Shown here: piece by piece, positions 52,401 to 64,000 of the stretch
Numbering within the stretch: the first letter of the stretch is position 1
Layout: every line of letters begins with the position of its first letter
Assembly: GCF_009914755.1 (NCBI RefSeq)
Contig: NC_060948.1
DNA length: 64,000 bases
Reading direction: 5' to 3' (one strand)
Origin: the human T2T-CHM13v2.0 reference genome, Homo sapiens
Notes under the pieces: generated by a model
What the model was told of the DNA's origin: nothing
Databases searched by the model: none
The model's input: only the letters and a program-made list of their open reading frames with translations
Program-made: the position numbers and the translations under genes

Positions 52401-55400
52401 TTCCAGCTGGCAGGTTCATGGTCTTGCTCACTTCAAGAATGATGTTGCAGAGCTTTACGGTGAGTGTTACAGCACTTAAAGGTGTTATATACAGAGTTTG
52501 TTCCTTCAGATGTGTCCAGAGTTTCTTTCTTCTGGCAGGTTCAGGGTCTTGCTCACTTCAAGAATGAATGAAGCTGCAGACCTTTACGTTGAGTGTTACA
52601 GCTTATAAAGGTGTTATGTCCAGAGTTTGGTCCTTCAGATGTGTCCAGAGTTTCTTCCTTCGGGCAGGTTCATGGTCTTGCTCACTTCAAGAATGAAGTT
52701 GCAGACCTTAGTGGTGAGGGTTACAGCACTTAAAGGTGTTATGTCCTGAGTTTTTTTCCTTCAGATGTGTCCAGAATTTCTTCCTTCTGGCAGGTTCACG
52801 GTCTTGCTCAATTCAAGAATGAAGCTGCAGACCTTAGTGGTGAGTGTTACAGCACCTAAAGGTGTTATGTCCAGAGTTTGTTCCTTCAGGTGTGTCCAGA
52901 GTTTCTTCCTTCTGGCAGGTTCATGGTCTTGCTCACTTCAAGAATGAAGCTGCAGACCTTAGTGCTGAGTGTTACAGTACCTAAAGGTGTTATGTCCAGA
53001 GTTTGTTCCTTCAGATGTGTCCAGAGTTTCTTCCATCTGGCAGGGTCATGGTCTTGCTCACTTCAAGAGTGAAGCTGCAAAATTTAGTGGTGATTGTTAC
53101 AGCCCTTAAATGTGTTATGTCCAGAGTTTGTTCCTTCAGATGTGTCCAGATATTTTTCCTTCTGGCATGTTCATGTTCTTGCTCACTTTAAGAAAGAATG
53201 AATCTGCAGACCATTACGGTGAGTGTTACAGCATATAAATGTGTTATGTCCAGAGTTTCGTCCTTCAGATGTGTCCGGAATTTCTTCTTTCGGGCAGGTT
53301 CATGGTCATGCTCACTTCAACAATGAAGCTGAAGACCTTGGTGGTGAGTGTTACAGCAGTTACAGTTGTTATGTTCGGAGTTTGTTCCATTAGATGTGTA
53401 TAGAGTTTTTTCCTTCTGGCAGGTTCATGGTCTTGCTCACTTCAAGAATGAAGCTGCAGACCTTAGTGGTGAGTGTCACAGCACTTTAAGGTGTTATGTC
53501 CAGAGTTTGTTCATTCAGATGTGTCCAGAATTTCTTCCTTCTGGCAGGTTCATTGTCTTGCTCACTTCAAGAAAGAAGCTGCAGACATTTAGGGTGAGTG
53601 TTACACCACGTAAAAGTGTTATGTCCAGAGTTTGTTCCTTCAGATGTGGCCAGAGTTTCTTCCTTCTGGCAGGTTCATGGTCTTGCTCACTTCAAGAATG
53701 AAGCTGCAGACCTTTACGGTGAGTGTTACAGCATTTAAACGTGTCATGTCCAGAGTTTGTTCCCTTAGATGTGTCCAGAGTTTCTTCCTTCGGGCAGGTA
53801 CATGGTCTTCCTCACTTCAAGAATGAAGCTGCAGACCTAGGTGGTGAGTGTTACAGCACTTAAAGGTGTTATGTCCATAGTTTGTACCGTCAGATATGAC
53901 TAGAGTTTCTTCCTTCTAGCATGTAAATGATCTTGCTCACTTCAAGAATGAAGCTACAGACACTAGTGGTGAGTGTTACTGTACTTAAAGTTGTTATGTC
54001 CAGAGTTTGTTCGTTCAGATGTGTCCAGAGTTTCTTTCTTCTGGCAGGTTCATGGTCTTGCTCACTTCAAGAATGAATGAAGCTGCAGAACTTTACGTTG
54101 AGTGTTACAGCATATAAAGGTGTTATGTCCAGAGTTTGGTCCTTCAGATGTGTCCAGAGTTTCTTCCTTCTGGCAGGTTCATGGTCTTGCTCACTTGAAG
54201 AATGAGGCTGCAGACCTTAGTGGTGAGGGTTACAGAACTTAAAGGTGTTATGTCCAGAGTTTGGTCCTTCAGATGTGTCCAGAGTTTCTTCCTTCTGGCA
54301 GGTTCATGGTCTTGCTCACTTCAAGAATGAAGCTGCAGACCTTAGTGGTGAGTGTTACAGCACTTAAAGGTGTCATGTCCAGAGATTGTTCCTTCAGATG
54401 TGTCCAGAGTTTCTTCCTTCTGGCAGGTTCATGGTCTTGCTCACTTCAAGAATGAAGCTGCAGACCTTAGTGGTGAGTGTTACAGTACTTAAAGGTGTTA
54501 TGTCCAGGGTTTTTTCCTTCAGATGTGTCCAGAGTTTCTTCCATCTGGCAGGTTCATGGTCTTGCTCACTTCAAGAGTGAAGCTGCAAAATTTAGTGGTG
54601 ATTGTTACAGCACTTACAGGTGTTATGTCCAGAGTTTGTTCCTTCAGATGTGTCCAGATATTCTTCCTTCTGGCATGTTCGTGGTCTTGCTCACTTCAAG
54701 AAAGAATGAAGCTGCAGACCTTTACGGTGAGTGTCACAGCACTAAAAGGTGTTATGTCCAGGGTTTGTTCCTTCAGATGTGGCCAGAGTTTCTTCCTTCT
54801 GGAAGGTTCATGGTCTTCCTCACTTCAAGAATGAAGCTGCAGACCTTTACGTTGAGTGTTACAGCATTTAAACCTGTTATGTCCAGAGTTTGTTCCTTTA
54901 GATGTGTCCAGAGTTTCTTCCTTCAGGCAGGTTCATGGTCTTGCTCATTTCAAGAATGAAGCTGCAGACATAGGTGGTGAGTGTTACAGCACTTAAAGGT
55001 GTTATGTCCAGAGTTTGTACCGTCAGATATGTCTAGAGTTTCTTCTTTCTGGCAGGTTTATGGTCTTGCTCACTTCCAGAATGAAGCTGCAGACCTTAGT
55101 GGTGAGTGTTACAGTACTTAAAGTTGTTAAGTCCAGAGTTTGTTCGTTCAGATATGTCCAGAGTTTCTTCCATCTGGCAGGTTCATGGTCTTGCTCACTT
55201 CAAGAATGATGTTGCAGAGCTTTACGGTGCGTGTTACAGCACTTAAAGGTGTTATATCCAGAGTTTGTTCCTTCAGGTGTGTCCAGAGTTTCTTTCTTCT
55301 TGCAGGTTCATGGTCTTGCTCACTTCAAGAATGAATGAAGCTGCAGACCTTTACGTTGAGTGTTACAGCTTATAAAGCTGTTATGTCCAGAGTTTGGTCC

Positions 55401-58400
55401 TTCAGATGTGTCCAAAGTTTCTTCCTTCGGGCAGGTTCATGGTCTTGCTCACTTCAAGAATGAAGCTGCAGACCTTAGTGGTGAGGGTTACAGCACTTAA
55501 AGGTGTTATGTAAGGAGTTTTTTCCTTCAGATGTGTCCAGAGTTTCTTCCTTCTGGCAGGTTCATGGACTTGCTCACTTCAAGAATGAATCTGCAGACCT
55601 AGGTGTTGAGTGTTACAGCACTTAAAGGTGTTATGTCGAGAGTTTGTACCGTCAGATATGTCTAGAGTTTCTTCATTCTGGCATGTTCATGGTTTTGCTC
55701 ACTTCAAGAATGAAGCTGTAGACCTTAGTGGTGAGTGTTACAGTACTTAAAGTTGTTATGTCCAGAGTTTGTTCGTTCAGATGTGTCCAGAGTTTCTTCC
55801 AACTGGCAGGTTCATGGTCTTGCTCACTTCAAGAGTGAAGCTGCATAATTTAGTGGTGATTGTTACAGCACTTAAAGGTGTTAGATCCAGAGTTTGTTCC
55901 TTCAGACGTGTCCAGAGTTCCTTTCTTCTGGCAGGTTCATGGTCTTGCTCACTTCAAGAATGAATGAAACTGCAGAACTTTACGTTGAGTGTTACAGCAT
56001 ATAAAGGTGTTATGTCCAGGGTTTGGTCCTTCAGATGTGTCCAGAATTTCTTCCTTCGGGCAGGTTCATGGTCTTGCTCACTTCAAGAATGAAGCTGCAG
56101 ACCTGAGTGTTGAGTGTTGCAGCACTTAAATTTTTATATCCAGGGTTTGTTCCTTCAGATATCTCCAGAGTTTGTTCCTTCTGGCAGGTTCATGGTCTTG
56201 CTGACCTCAAGAATGAAGCTACAGACCTTTACGGTGAGTGTTACAGCACTTAAAGGTGTTATGTCCAGAGTTTGTTCGTTGAGATTTCTCCAGAGTTTCC
56301 TCCTTCTGGCAGGTTCATGGTCCTGCTCACTTCAACAATGAGCTGCAGACCTTTACGGTGAGTGTTACAGCACTTAAAGTGTTATGTCCAGAGTTTGTTC
56401 CTTCAGATGTGTCCAGAGGTTCTTTCTTCTGGCAGGTTCATGGTCTTGCTCACTTCAATAATGAAGCTCCAGTCCTTTACGGTGAGAGTTACAGCACTTA
56501 GAGGTGTTATGTCCAGAGTTTGTTACTTCAGATGTGTCCAGAGTTTCTTCCATCTGGCAGGTTCATGGTCTTGCTCACTTCAAGAGTGAAGCTGCAGAAT
56601 TTAGTGGTGAGTGTTACAGCACTTAAAGGTGTTATGTCCAGAGTTTGTTCCTTCAGATGTGTCCAGATATTCTTCTTCTGGCATGTTCATGGTCTTGCTC
56701 ACTTCAAGAAAGAATGAAGCTGCAGACATTTACGGTGAGTGTTACAGCACTTAAATTTGTTATATCCAGAGTTTGTTCGTTCAGAAGTGTCCACAGTTTC
56801 TTTCTTGTGGCAGTTTCATGGTCTTGCTCACTTCAAGAAAGAATGAAGCTGCAGACCTTTACGGTGAGTTTTACAGCGTATAAAGGAGTTTTGTCCAGAG
56901 ATTGGTCATTCAGATGTGTCCAGAGTTTCTTCCTTCGGGCAGGTTCATTGTCTTGCTCACTTCAAGAATGAAGCTGTAAACCTTGGTGGTGAGTGTTACA
57001 GCAATTAAAGGTGTTATGTCCAGAGTTTGTTCCATTAGATGTGTATAGAGTTTCTTCCTTCTGGCAGGTTCATGGTCTTGCTCACTTTAGGAATGAAGCT
57101 GCAGACCTTTACGGTGAGTGTTACAGCACTTAAAGGTGTTATATCCAGAGTTTGTTCCTTCAGATGTGTCCAGAGATTCTTTCTTCTGGCAGGTTCATGG
57201 ACTTGCTCACTTCCAGAATGAAGTTCCAGACCTTTATGGTGAGTTTTACATCACTTAAAAGTGTTATGTCCAGAGTTTGTTCCTTCAGTTGTGTCCACAG
57301 TTTCTTCCTTCTGGCAGGTTCATGGTCTTGCTCACTTCAAGAACGAAACTGCAGACCATTACGGTGAGTGTTACAGCACTTAAAGGTGTTATGTCCAGAG
57401 TTTGTTCCTTCAGATGTGTCCAGTTTCTTCCTTCTGGCAGGTTCATGGTCTTGCTAGCTTCAAGAATGAAGCTGCAGACATTTTCGGTGAGTGTTACAGC
57501 ATTTAATGTTGTTATTTCGAGAGTTTTTTCCTTCAGATGTGTCCAGAGTTTCTTCCTTCTGGCAGGCTCATGGTCTTGCTCACTTCAAGAATGAAGCTGC
57601 AGACCTTAGTGGTGAGCGTTACAGCACTTACGTTGTTATGTCCAGAGTTTGTAACTTTAGATGTGTCCAGAGTTTCTTCCTTCTGGCAGGTTCATGGTCT
57701 TGCTGACCTCATGAATGAAGCTGCAGACCTTTACGGTGAGTGTTAGAGCACTGAAAGATGTCATGTCCAGAGTTTGTTCCTTCAGATGTGTCCAGAGTTT
57801 CTTCCATCTGGCAGGTTCATGGTCTTGCTCATTTCAAGAATGAAGCTGCAGACCTTAGTGGTGAGTGTTACAGCACTTAAAGGTGTTATGTCCAGAGTTT
57901 GTTCCTTCAGATGTGTCCAGAGTTTCCTCCTTCTGGCAGGTTCATGGTCTTGCTCACTTCAAGAATGAAGCTGCAGACCTTAGTGGTGAGTGTTACAGCA
58001 CTTAAAGTTGTTATATCCAGCGTTTGTTCGTACAGATGTGTCCAGAGTTTCTTCAATCTGGCAATTTCATGGTCTTGCTCACTTCAAGAATAATGCTGCA
58101 GACCTTTACGGTGAGTGTTACAGCACTTAAAGCTGTTGTATCCAGAGTTTGTTCCTGCAGATGTGTCCAGAGTCTCTTTCTTCTGGCAGGTTCATGGTCT
58201 TGCTCACTTCCAGAAAGAATGAAGCTGCAGACATTTACGGTGAGTGTTACAGCATGTAAAGGTGTTATGTCCAGAGTTTGGTCCTTCAGATGTGTCCAGA
58301 GTTTCTTCCATCTGACAGGTTCATGGTCTTGCTCACTTCAAGAGTGAGGCTTCAGAATTTAGTGGTGAGTGTTACAGCACTTTACGGTGTTATGTCCAAA

Positions 58401-61400
58401 GTTTTTTCTTTCAGATGTGTCCAGATATTCTTCCTTCTGGCAGGTTCATGGTGTTGCTCACTTCAACAATGAATGAAGCTGCAGACCTTTGCGGTGAGTG
58501 TTACAGCATATAAATGTGTTATGTCCAGAGTTTGGTCCTTCAGATATGTCCAGAGTTTCTTCCTTCGGGCAGGTTCATGGTCTTGCTCACTTCAAGAATG
58601 AAGCTGCCGACCATGGTCGTGAGTGTTACAGCAGTTAAATGTGTTATATCCAGGGTTTGTTCCATCAGATGTGTATAGAGTTTCTTCCTTCTGGCCGGTT
58701 CATGGTCTTGCTCACTTCAAGAATGAAGCTGCCGACCTTTACGGTGAGTGTCACAGTACTTAAAGGTGTTATGTCCAGAGTTTGTTCCTTCAGATTTGTC
58801 CAGAATTTCTTCCTTCTGGCAGGTTCATGGTCTTGCTCACTTCAAGAATGAAGCTGCAGACCTTTAGGGTGAGCGTTACAGCACTTAAAAGTGTTATGTC
58901 CAGAGTTTGTTCCTTCAAATGTGGCCCGAATTTCTTCCTTCTGGTAGGTTCATCGTCTTCCTCACTTCAAGAATGAAGCTGTAGACCTTTACGGTGAGTG
59001 TTACAGCATTTAAAGGTGTTAAGTCCAGAGTTTGTTCCTTCAGATGTGTCCAGAGTTTCTTCCTTCTGGCAGGTTCATGGTCTTGCTCACTTCAAGAATT
59101 AAGCTGCAGACCTAGGTGGTGAGTGTTACAGCAATTATAGGTATTATGTCCAGAGTTTGTTCCGTCAGATGTGTCTAGAGTTTCTTTCTTCTGGCAGGTT
59201 CATGGTGTTGCTCTCTTCAAGAATGAAGCTGCAGACCTTAGTGGTGAGTGTTACAGCACTTAAAGTTGTTATGTCCAGAGGTTGTTCGTTCAGATGTGTC
59301 CAGAGTTTCTTCAATCTGGCAGGTTCACGGTCTTGCTCACTTCAAGAATGATGCTGCAGACCTTTGCGGTGAGTGCTACAGCACTTAAAGGTGTTATATC
59401 CAGAGTTTGTTCCTTCAGATGTGTCCAGAGTTTCTTTCTTCTGGCAGGTTCATGGTCTTGCTCACTTCCAGAAAGAATGAAGCTGCAGACATTTACGGTG
59501 AGTGTTACAGCATATAAAGGTGTTATGTCCATTGTTTGGTCCTACAGATGTGTCCAGAGTTTCTTCCTTCGGGTAGGTTCAAGGTCTTGCTCAATTCAAA
59601 AATGAAGCTGCAGACCTTGGTGTTGAGAGTTACAGCACTTAAAGGTGTTATGTCCAGAGTTTGTTCCTTCAGATGTGCCCAGAGTTTCTTTCTTCTGGCA
59701 GGTTCTTGGTCTTGCTCACATCAATAATGAAGCTCCAGTCCTTTACGGTGAGTGTTACAGCACTTAAAGGTGTTATGTCCAGAGTTTGTTCCTTCAGATG
59801 TGTCCAGAGTTTCTTCCTTCTGGCAGGTTCATGGTCTTGCTCCCTTCAAGAATGAAGCTGCAGACCTTAGTGGTGAGTGTTACAGCACTTAAAGGTGTTA
59901 TGTCCAGAGTTTCTTCCTTCAGATGTGTCCAGATTTTCTTCTATCTGGCAGGTTCATGGTCTTGCTCACTTCAAGAGTGAAGCTGCAGAATTCAGCGGTG
60001 AGTGTTACAGCACTTAAAGGTGTTATGTCCAGAGTTTGTTCCTTCAGATTTGTCCAGATATTCCTAATTCTAGCATGCTCATGGTCTTGCTCACTTCAAG
60101 AAAGAATGAAGCTGCAGACCTTTAAGGTGAGTGTTACAGCACTTAAAGGTATGATATCCAGAGTTTGTTCCTTCAGATGTGTCCGGAGTTTCTTTCTTCT
60201 GGCAGTTTCATGGTCTTGCTCACTTCAAGAAAGAATGAAGCTGCAGACATTTACGGTGAGTTTTACAGCATATAAAGGTGTTATGTCCAGAGTTTGGTCA
60301 TTCAGATGTGTCCAGAGTTTCTTCCTTCGGGCAGGTTCATTGTCTTGCTCACTTCAAGAATGAAGCTGTAATCCTTGGTGGTGAGTGTTACAGCACTCAA
60401 AGGTGTTATGTCCAGAGTATGTTCCATCACATGTGTAGAGTGTTTCTTCCTTCTGGCCGGTTCATGGTCTTGGTCACTTCAAGAATGAAGCTGTAAACCT
60501 TGGTGGTGAGTGTTACAGCACTCAAAGGTGTTATGTCCAGAGTTTGTTCCATCACATGTGTAGAGTGTTTCTTCCTTCTGGCAGGTTCATGGTCTTGCTC
60601 ACTTCAAGAATGAAGCTGTAAACCTTGGTGGTGAGTGTTACAGGACTCAAAGGTGTTATGTCCAGAGTTTGTTCCATCACATGTGTAGAGTGTTTCTTCC
60701 TTCTGGCAGGTTCATGGTCTTGCTCACTTCAAGAATGAAACTGCAGACCATTACTGTGAGTGTTACAGCACTTAAAGGTATTATGTCCACAGTTTATTCC
60801 TTCAGATGTGTCCAGAGTTTCTTCCTTCTGGGAGGTTCATGGTCTTGCTAGCTTCAAGAATGAAGCTGCAGACCTTTAAGCTGAGTGTTACAGCATTTAA
60901 AGGTGTTATGTCCAGAGTTTCTTCCTTCAGATGTGTCCAAAATTTCTACCTTCTGGCAGGTTCATGGTCTTGCTCACCTTAAGAATGATGCTGCAGACCT
61001 TAGTGGTGAGGGTTACAGCACTTAAAGATGTTATGTCCAGAGTTTTTTCCTTCAGATGTGTCCAGAGTTTCTTCCTTCTGGCAGGTTCATGGTCTTGCTC
61101 ACTTCAAGAATGAAGCTGCAGACCTTAGTGGTGAGTGTTACAGCACTTAAAGGTGTTATGTCCAGAGTTTGTTCCTTCAGATGTGTCCAGAGTTTCTTCC
61201 TTCTGGCAGGTTCATGGTCTTGCTCACTTCAAGAATGAAGCTGCAGAACTTAGTGGTGAGTGTTACAGCACTAAAGGTGTTGTGTCCAGAGTTTTTTCCT
61301 TCAGAAGTGTCCAGAGTTTCTTCCACCTGGCAGGTTCATGGTCTTGCTCACTTCAAGAGTGAGGCTGCAGAATTCAGTGGTGAGTGTTACGGCACTTAAA

Positions 61401-64000
61401 GGTGTTATGTCCAGAGATTGTTCCTTCAGATGTGTCCAGATATTCTTCCTTCTGGCAGGTTCATGGTGTAGCTCATTTCAAAAAAGAATTAAGTTGCAAA
61501 CCTTTACGGTGAGTGTTGCAGCATATAAAGGTGTTATATCCAGAGTTTGTTCCTTCAGATGTGTCCAGAATTTCTTCCCTCTGGCAGCTTCATGGTCTTG
61601 CTCACTTCACGAATGAAGCTGCAGACCTTTAGGGTTAGTGTTACAGCACTTAAAAATCTTATGTCCAGAGTTTCTTCCTTCAGATGTGGACAGAATTTTT
61701 TCCTTCTGGCAGGTTCATGGTCTTGCTCACTTCAAGAATGAAGCTGCAGACCTTTACGGTGAGTGCTACAGCATTTAAATGTGTTAAGTCCAGAGTTTAT
61801 TCCTTCAGATGTGTACAGAGTTTCTTCCTTCTGGCATGTTCATGGTCTTGCTCACTTCAAGAATGAAGCTGCAGACCTAGGTGGTGAGTGTTACAGCACT
61901 TATAGGTGTTATCTCCAGAGTTTCTTCGGTCAGATGTGTCTAGAGTTTCTTTCTTCTTGCAGGTTCATGGTCTTGCTCACTTCAATAATGAAGCTGCAGA
62001 CCTTAGTGGTGAGTGTTACAGCACTTAAGGTTGTTATGTCCAGAGTCTGTTCTTTCAGATGTGTCCAGAGTTTCTTCAATCTGGAAGGTTCACGGTCTTG
62101 CACACTTCAAGAATGATGCTGCAGACATCTATGGTGAGTGTTACAGCACTTAAAGGTGTTATATCCAGAGTTTGTTCGTTCAGATGTGTTCAGAGTTTCT
62201 TTCTTATGGCAGTTTCATGGTCTTGCTCACTTCAAGAATGAAGCTGCAGACCTTTACGGTTAGTTTTAAAGCATATAAAGGTGTTATGTCCAGAGTTTGG
62301 TCATTCAGATGTGTCCAGAGTTTCTTCCTTCGGGCAGGTTCATTGTCTTGCTCACTTCAAGAATGAAGCTGTAAACCTTGGTGGTGAGTGTTACAGCACT
62401 TAAAGGTGTTATGTCCAGAGTTTGTTTCATCAGATGTGTATAGAGTTTCTTCCTTCTGGCAGGTTCATGGTCTTGCTCACTTCAAGAATGAAGCTGCAGA
62501 CCTTTATGGTGAGTTTTACATCAGTTAAAGTTGTTATGTCCAGAATTTGTTCCTTCAGGTGTCCAGAGTTTCTTTCTTCTGGCAGGTTCATGGACTTGCT
62601 CACTTCAAGAATGAAGCTCCAGACGTTTATGGTGAGTTTTACATCACTTAAAGGTGTTATGTCCGGAGTTTGTTCCTTCAGTTGTGTCCAGAGTTTCTTC
62701 CTTCTGGCAGGTTCATGGTCTTGCTCACTTCAAGAATGAAACTGCAGACCTTTAAGGTTAGTGTTACAGCACTTAAAGGTATTATGTCCAGAGTTTGTTC
62801 CTTCAGATGTGTCCAGAGTTTCTTCCTTCTGGCAGGTTCATGGTCTTGCTAGCTTCAAGAATGAAGCTGCAGACATTTACGGTGAGTGTTACAGCACTTA
62901 ATGTTGTTATTTCGAGAGTTTGTTCCTTCAGATGTGTCCAGAATTTCTTTCTTCTGGTAGGTTCATGGACTAGCTCACTTCAAGAATGAAGCTCCAGAAG
63001 TTTACGGTGAGTTTTACGTCATTTAAAGGTGTTATGTCCAGAGTTTGTTCCTTCAGTTGTGTCCAGAGTTTCTTCCTTCTGGCAGGTTCATGGTCTTGCT
63101 CACTTCAAGAATGAAACTGCAGACCTTCACGCTGAGTGTTACAGCACTTAATGTTGTTATTTCGAGAGTTTTTTCCTTCAGATGTATCCAGAGTTTCTTC
63201 CTTCTGGCAGGTTCATGGTCTTGCACAGTTCAAGAATGAAGCTGCATACCTTAGTGGTGAGCGTTACAGCACTTACGTTTTTATGTCCAGAGTTTGTTCC
63301 TTCAGATGTGTCCAGACTTTCTTCCATCTGGCAGGTTCATGGTCTTGCTCACTTCAAGAGTGAAGCTGCAGAATTTAGTGGTGAGTGTTACAGCACTTAA
63401 AGGTGTTAGGTCCAGAGTTTGTTCCTTCAGATGTGTCCAGATATTCTTCCTTCTGGCATGTTCATGGTCTTGCTCAGTTCAAGAAAGAATGAAGCTGCAG
63501 ACATTTACGGTGAGTGTTACAGCACTTAAAGTTGTTATATCCAGAGTTTGTTCCTTCAGATGTGTCCACAGTTTTTTTCTTCTGGCAGTTTCATGGTCTA
63601 GCTCACTTCAAGAAAGAATGAAGCTGCAGACCTTTACGGTGAGTTTTACAGCATATAAAGGTGTTATGTCCAGAGTTTGGTCATTCAGATGTGTCCAGAG
63701 TTTCTTCCTTCGGGCAGGTTCATTGTCTTGCTCACTTCAAGAATGAAGCTGTAAACCTTGGTGGTGAGTGTTACAGCACATAAAGGTGGTATGTCCAGAG
63801 TTTATTCCATCAGATTTGCATAGTGTTTCTTGCTTATGGCAGGTTAATGGCCTTGCTCACTTCAAGAATGAAGCTGCAGACCATTACGGTGAGTGTTACA
63901 GCAGTTAAAGGTGTTATATCCAGAGTTTGTTCCTTCATATGTGTCCAGAGTTTCTTTCTTCTGGCAGGTTCATGGACTAGCTCACTTTAAGAAGGAAGCT

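Larger units (their letters stand above)
5351..64000. repeat. DYZ19: 125-bp tandem satellite, ~468 head-to-tail monomers, LTR12 U5-derived; most likely DYZ19 (Yq11.22 interstitial heterochromatin)
   Basis: The consensus read from the sequence is AAGAATGAAGCTGCAGACCTT(TAC/AGT)GGTGAGTGTTACAGCACTTAAAGGTGTTATGTCCAGAGTTTGTTCCTTCAGATGTGTCCAGAGTTTCTTCCTTCTGGCAGGTTCATGGTCTTGCTCACTTC (125 nt). ORF starts recur at 125-bp steps, most units carry a PstI site (CTGCAG), and orientation is uniform. The satellite call is certain; the DYZ19 name rests on recalled unit length and LTR12 origin. Confidence 0.88.

Noticed and set aside
5280-63746. Hundreds of similar 60-160 aa ORFs (MFLQMCPEFLPSGRFMVLLTSRMKLQ...) suggesting a tandem gene family
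   Set aside because: They follow from the 125-bp period, which is not a multiple of 3, so each frame runs about 1.5 monomers to the same stop. Many starts are TTG/GTG, longer ORFs arise only from chance indels or stop loss, and there is no sign of codon-level constraint.
5351-64000. CRISPR-like repeat-spacer array
   Set aside because: The entire unit is repeated with no unique spacers, no cas genes are present, and the Alu/L1 context is primate.
5351-64000. Alpha satellite, beta satellite or HSat2/3
   Set aside because: The period is 125 bp rather than 171 or 68 bp, there is no CATTC pentamer basis, and I recognised no CENP-B box.
5202-64000. Active LTR12 promoter/enhancer (NF-Y CCAAT repeats, TATA)
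   Set aside because: Only U5-type sequence is present. The U3 CCAAT/ATTGG repeat region is not in this window.

Overview
This is primate, most likely human, non-coding genomic DNA; I can support no protein-coding gene, RNA gene or CRISPR array. Bases 1-5201 are an AT-rich flank carrying a decayed L1 ORF2 (endonuclease) fragment, two minus-strand L1PA 3' ends and two AluY-like insertions. At 5202 an ERV9/LTR12-family LTR terminus (minus strand) interrupts one of the L1 3' ends. It runs directly into a head-to-tail 125-bp satellite of about 468 monomers that fills the rest of the window and continues past it. Unit length and LTR12 ancestry match what I recall of DYZ19, the interstitial heterochromatin block on human Yq11.22 (recognised from memory, not searched). 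The hundreds of ~64-aa ORFs are artefacts of the 125-bp period. The notable structure is: an intact LTR/L1 junction marking where the satellite began; layered higher-order repeats (~24-mer, ~40-mer, 13-mer) with recent tandem duplications; two monomer classes explicable by alternative CpG decay; and a splice donor plus acceptor-like motifs in almost every monomer.
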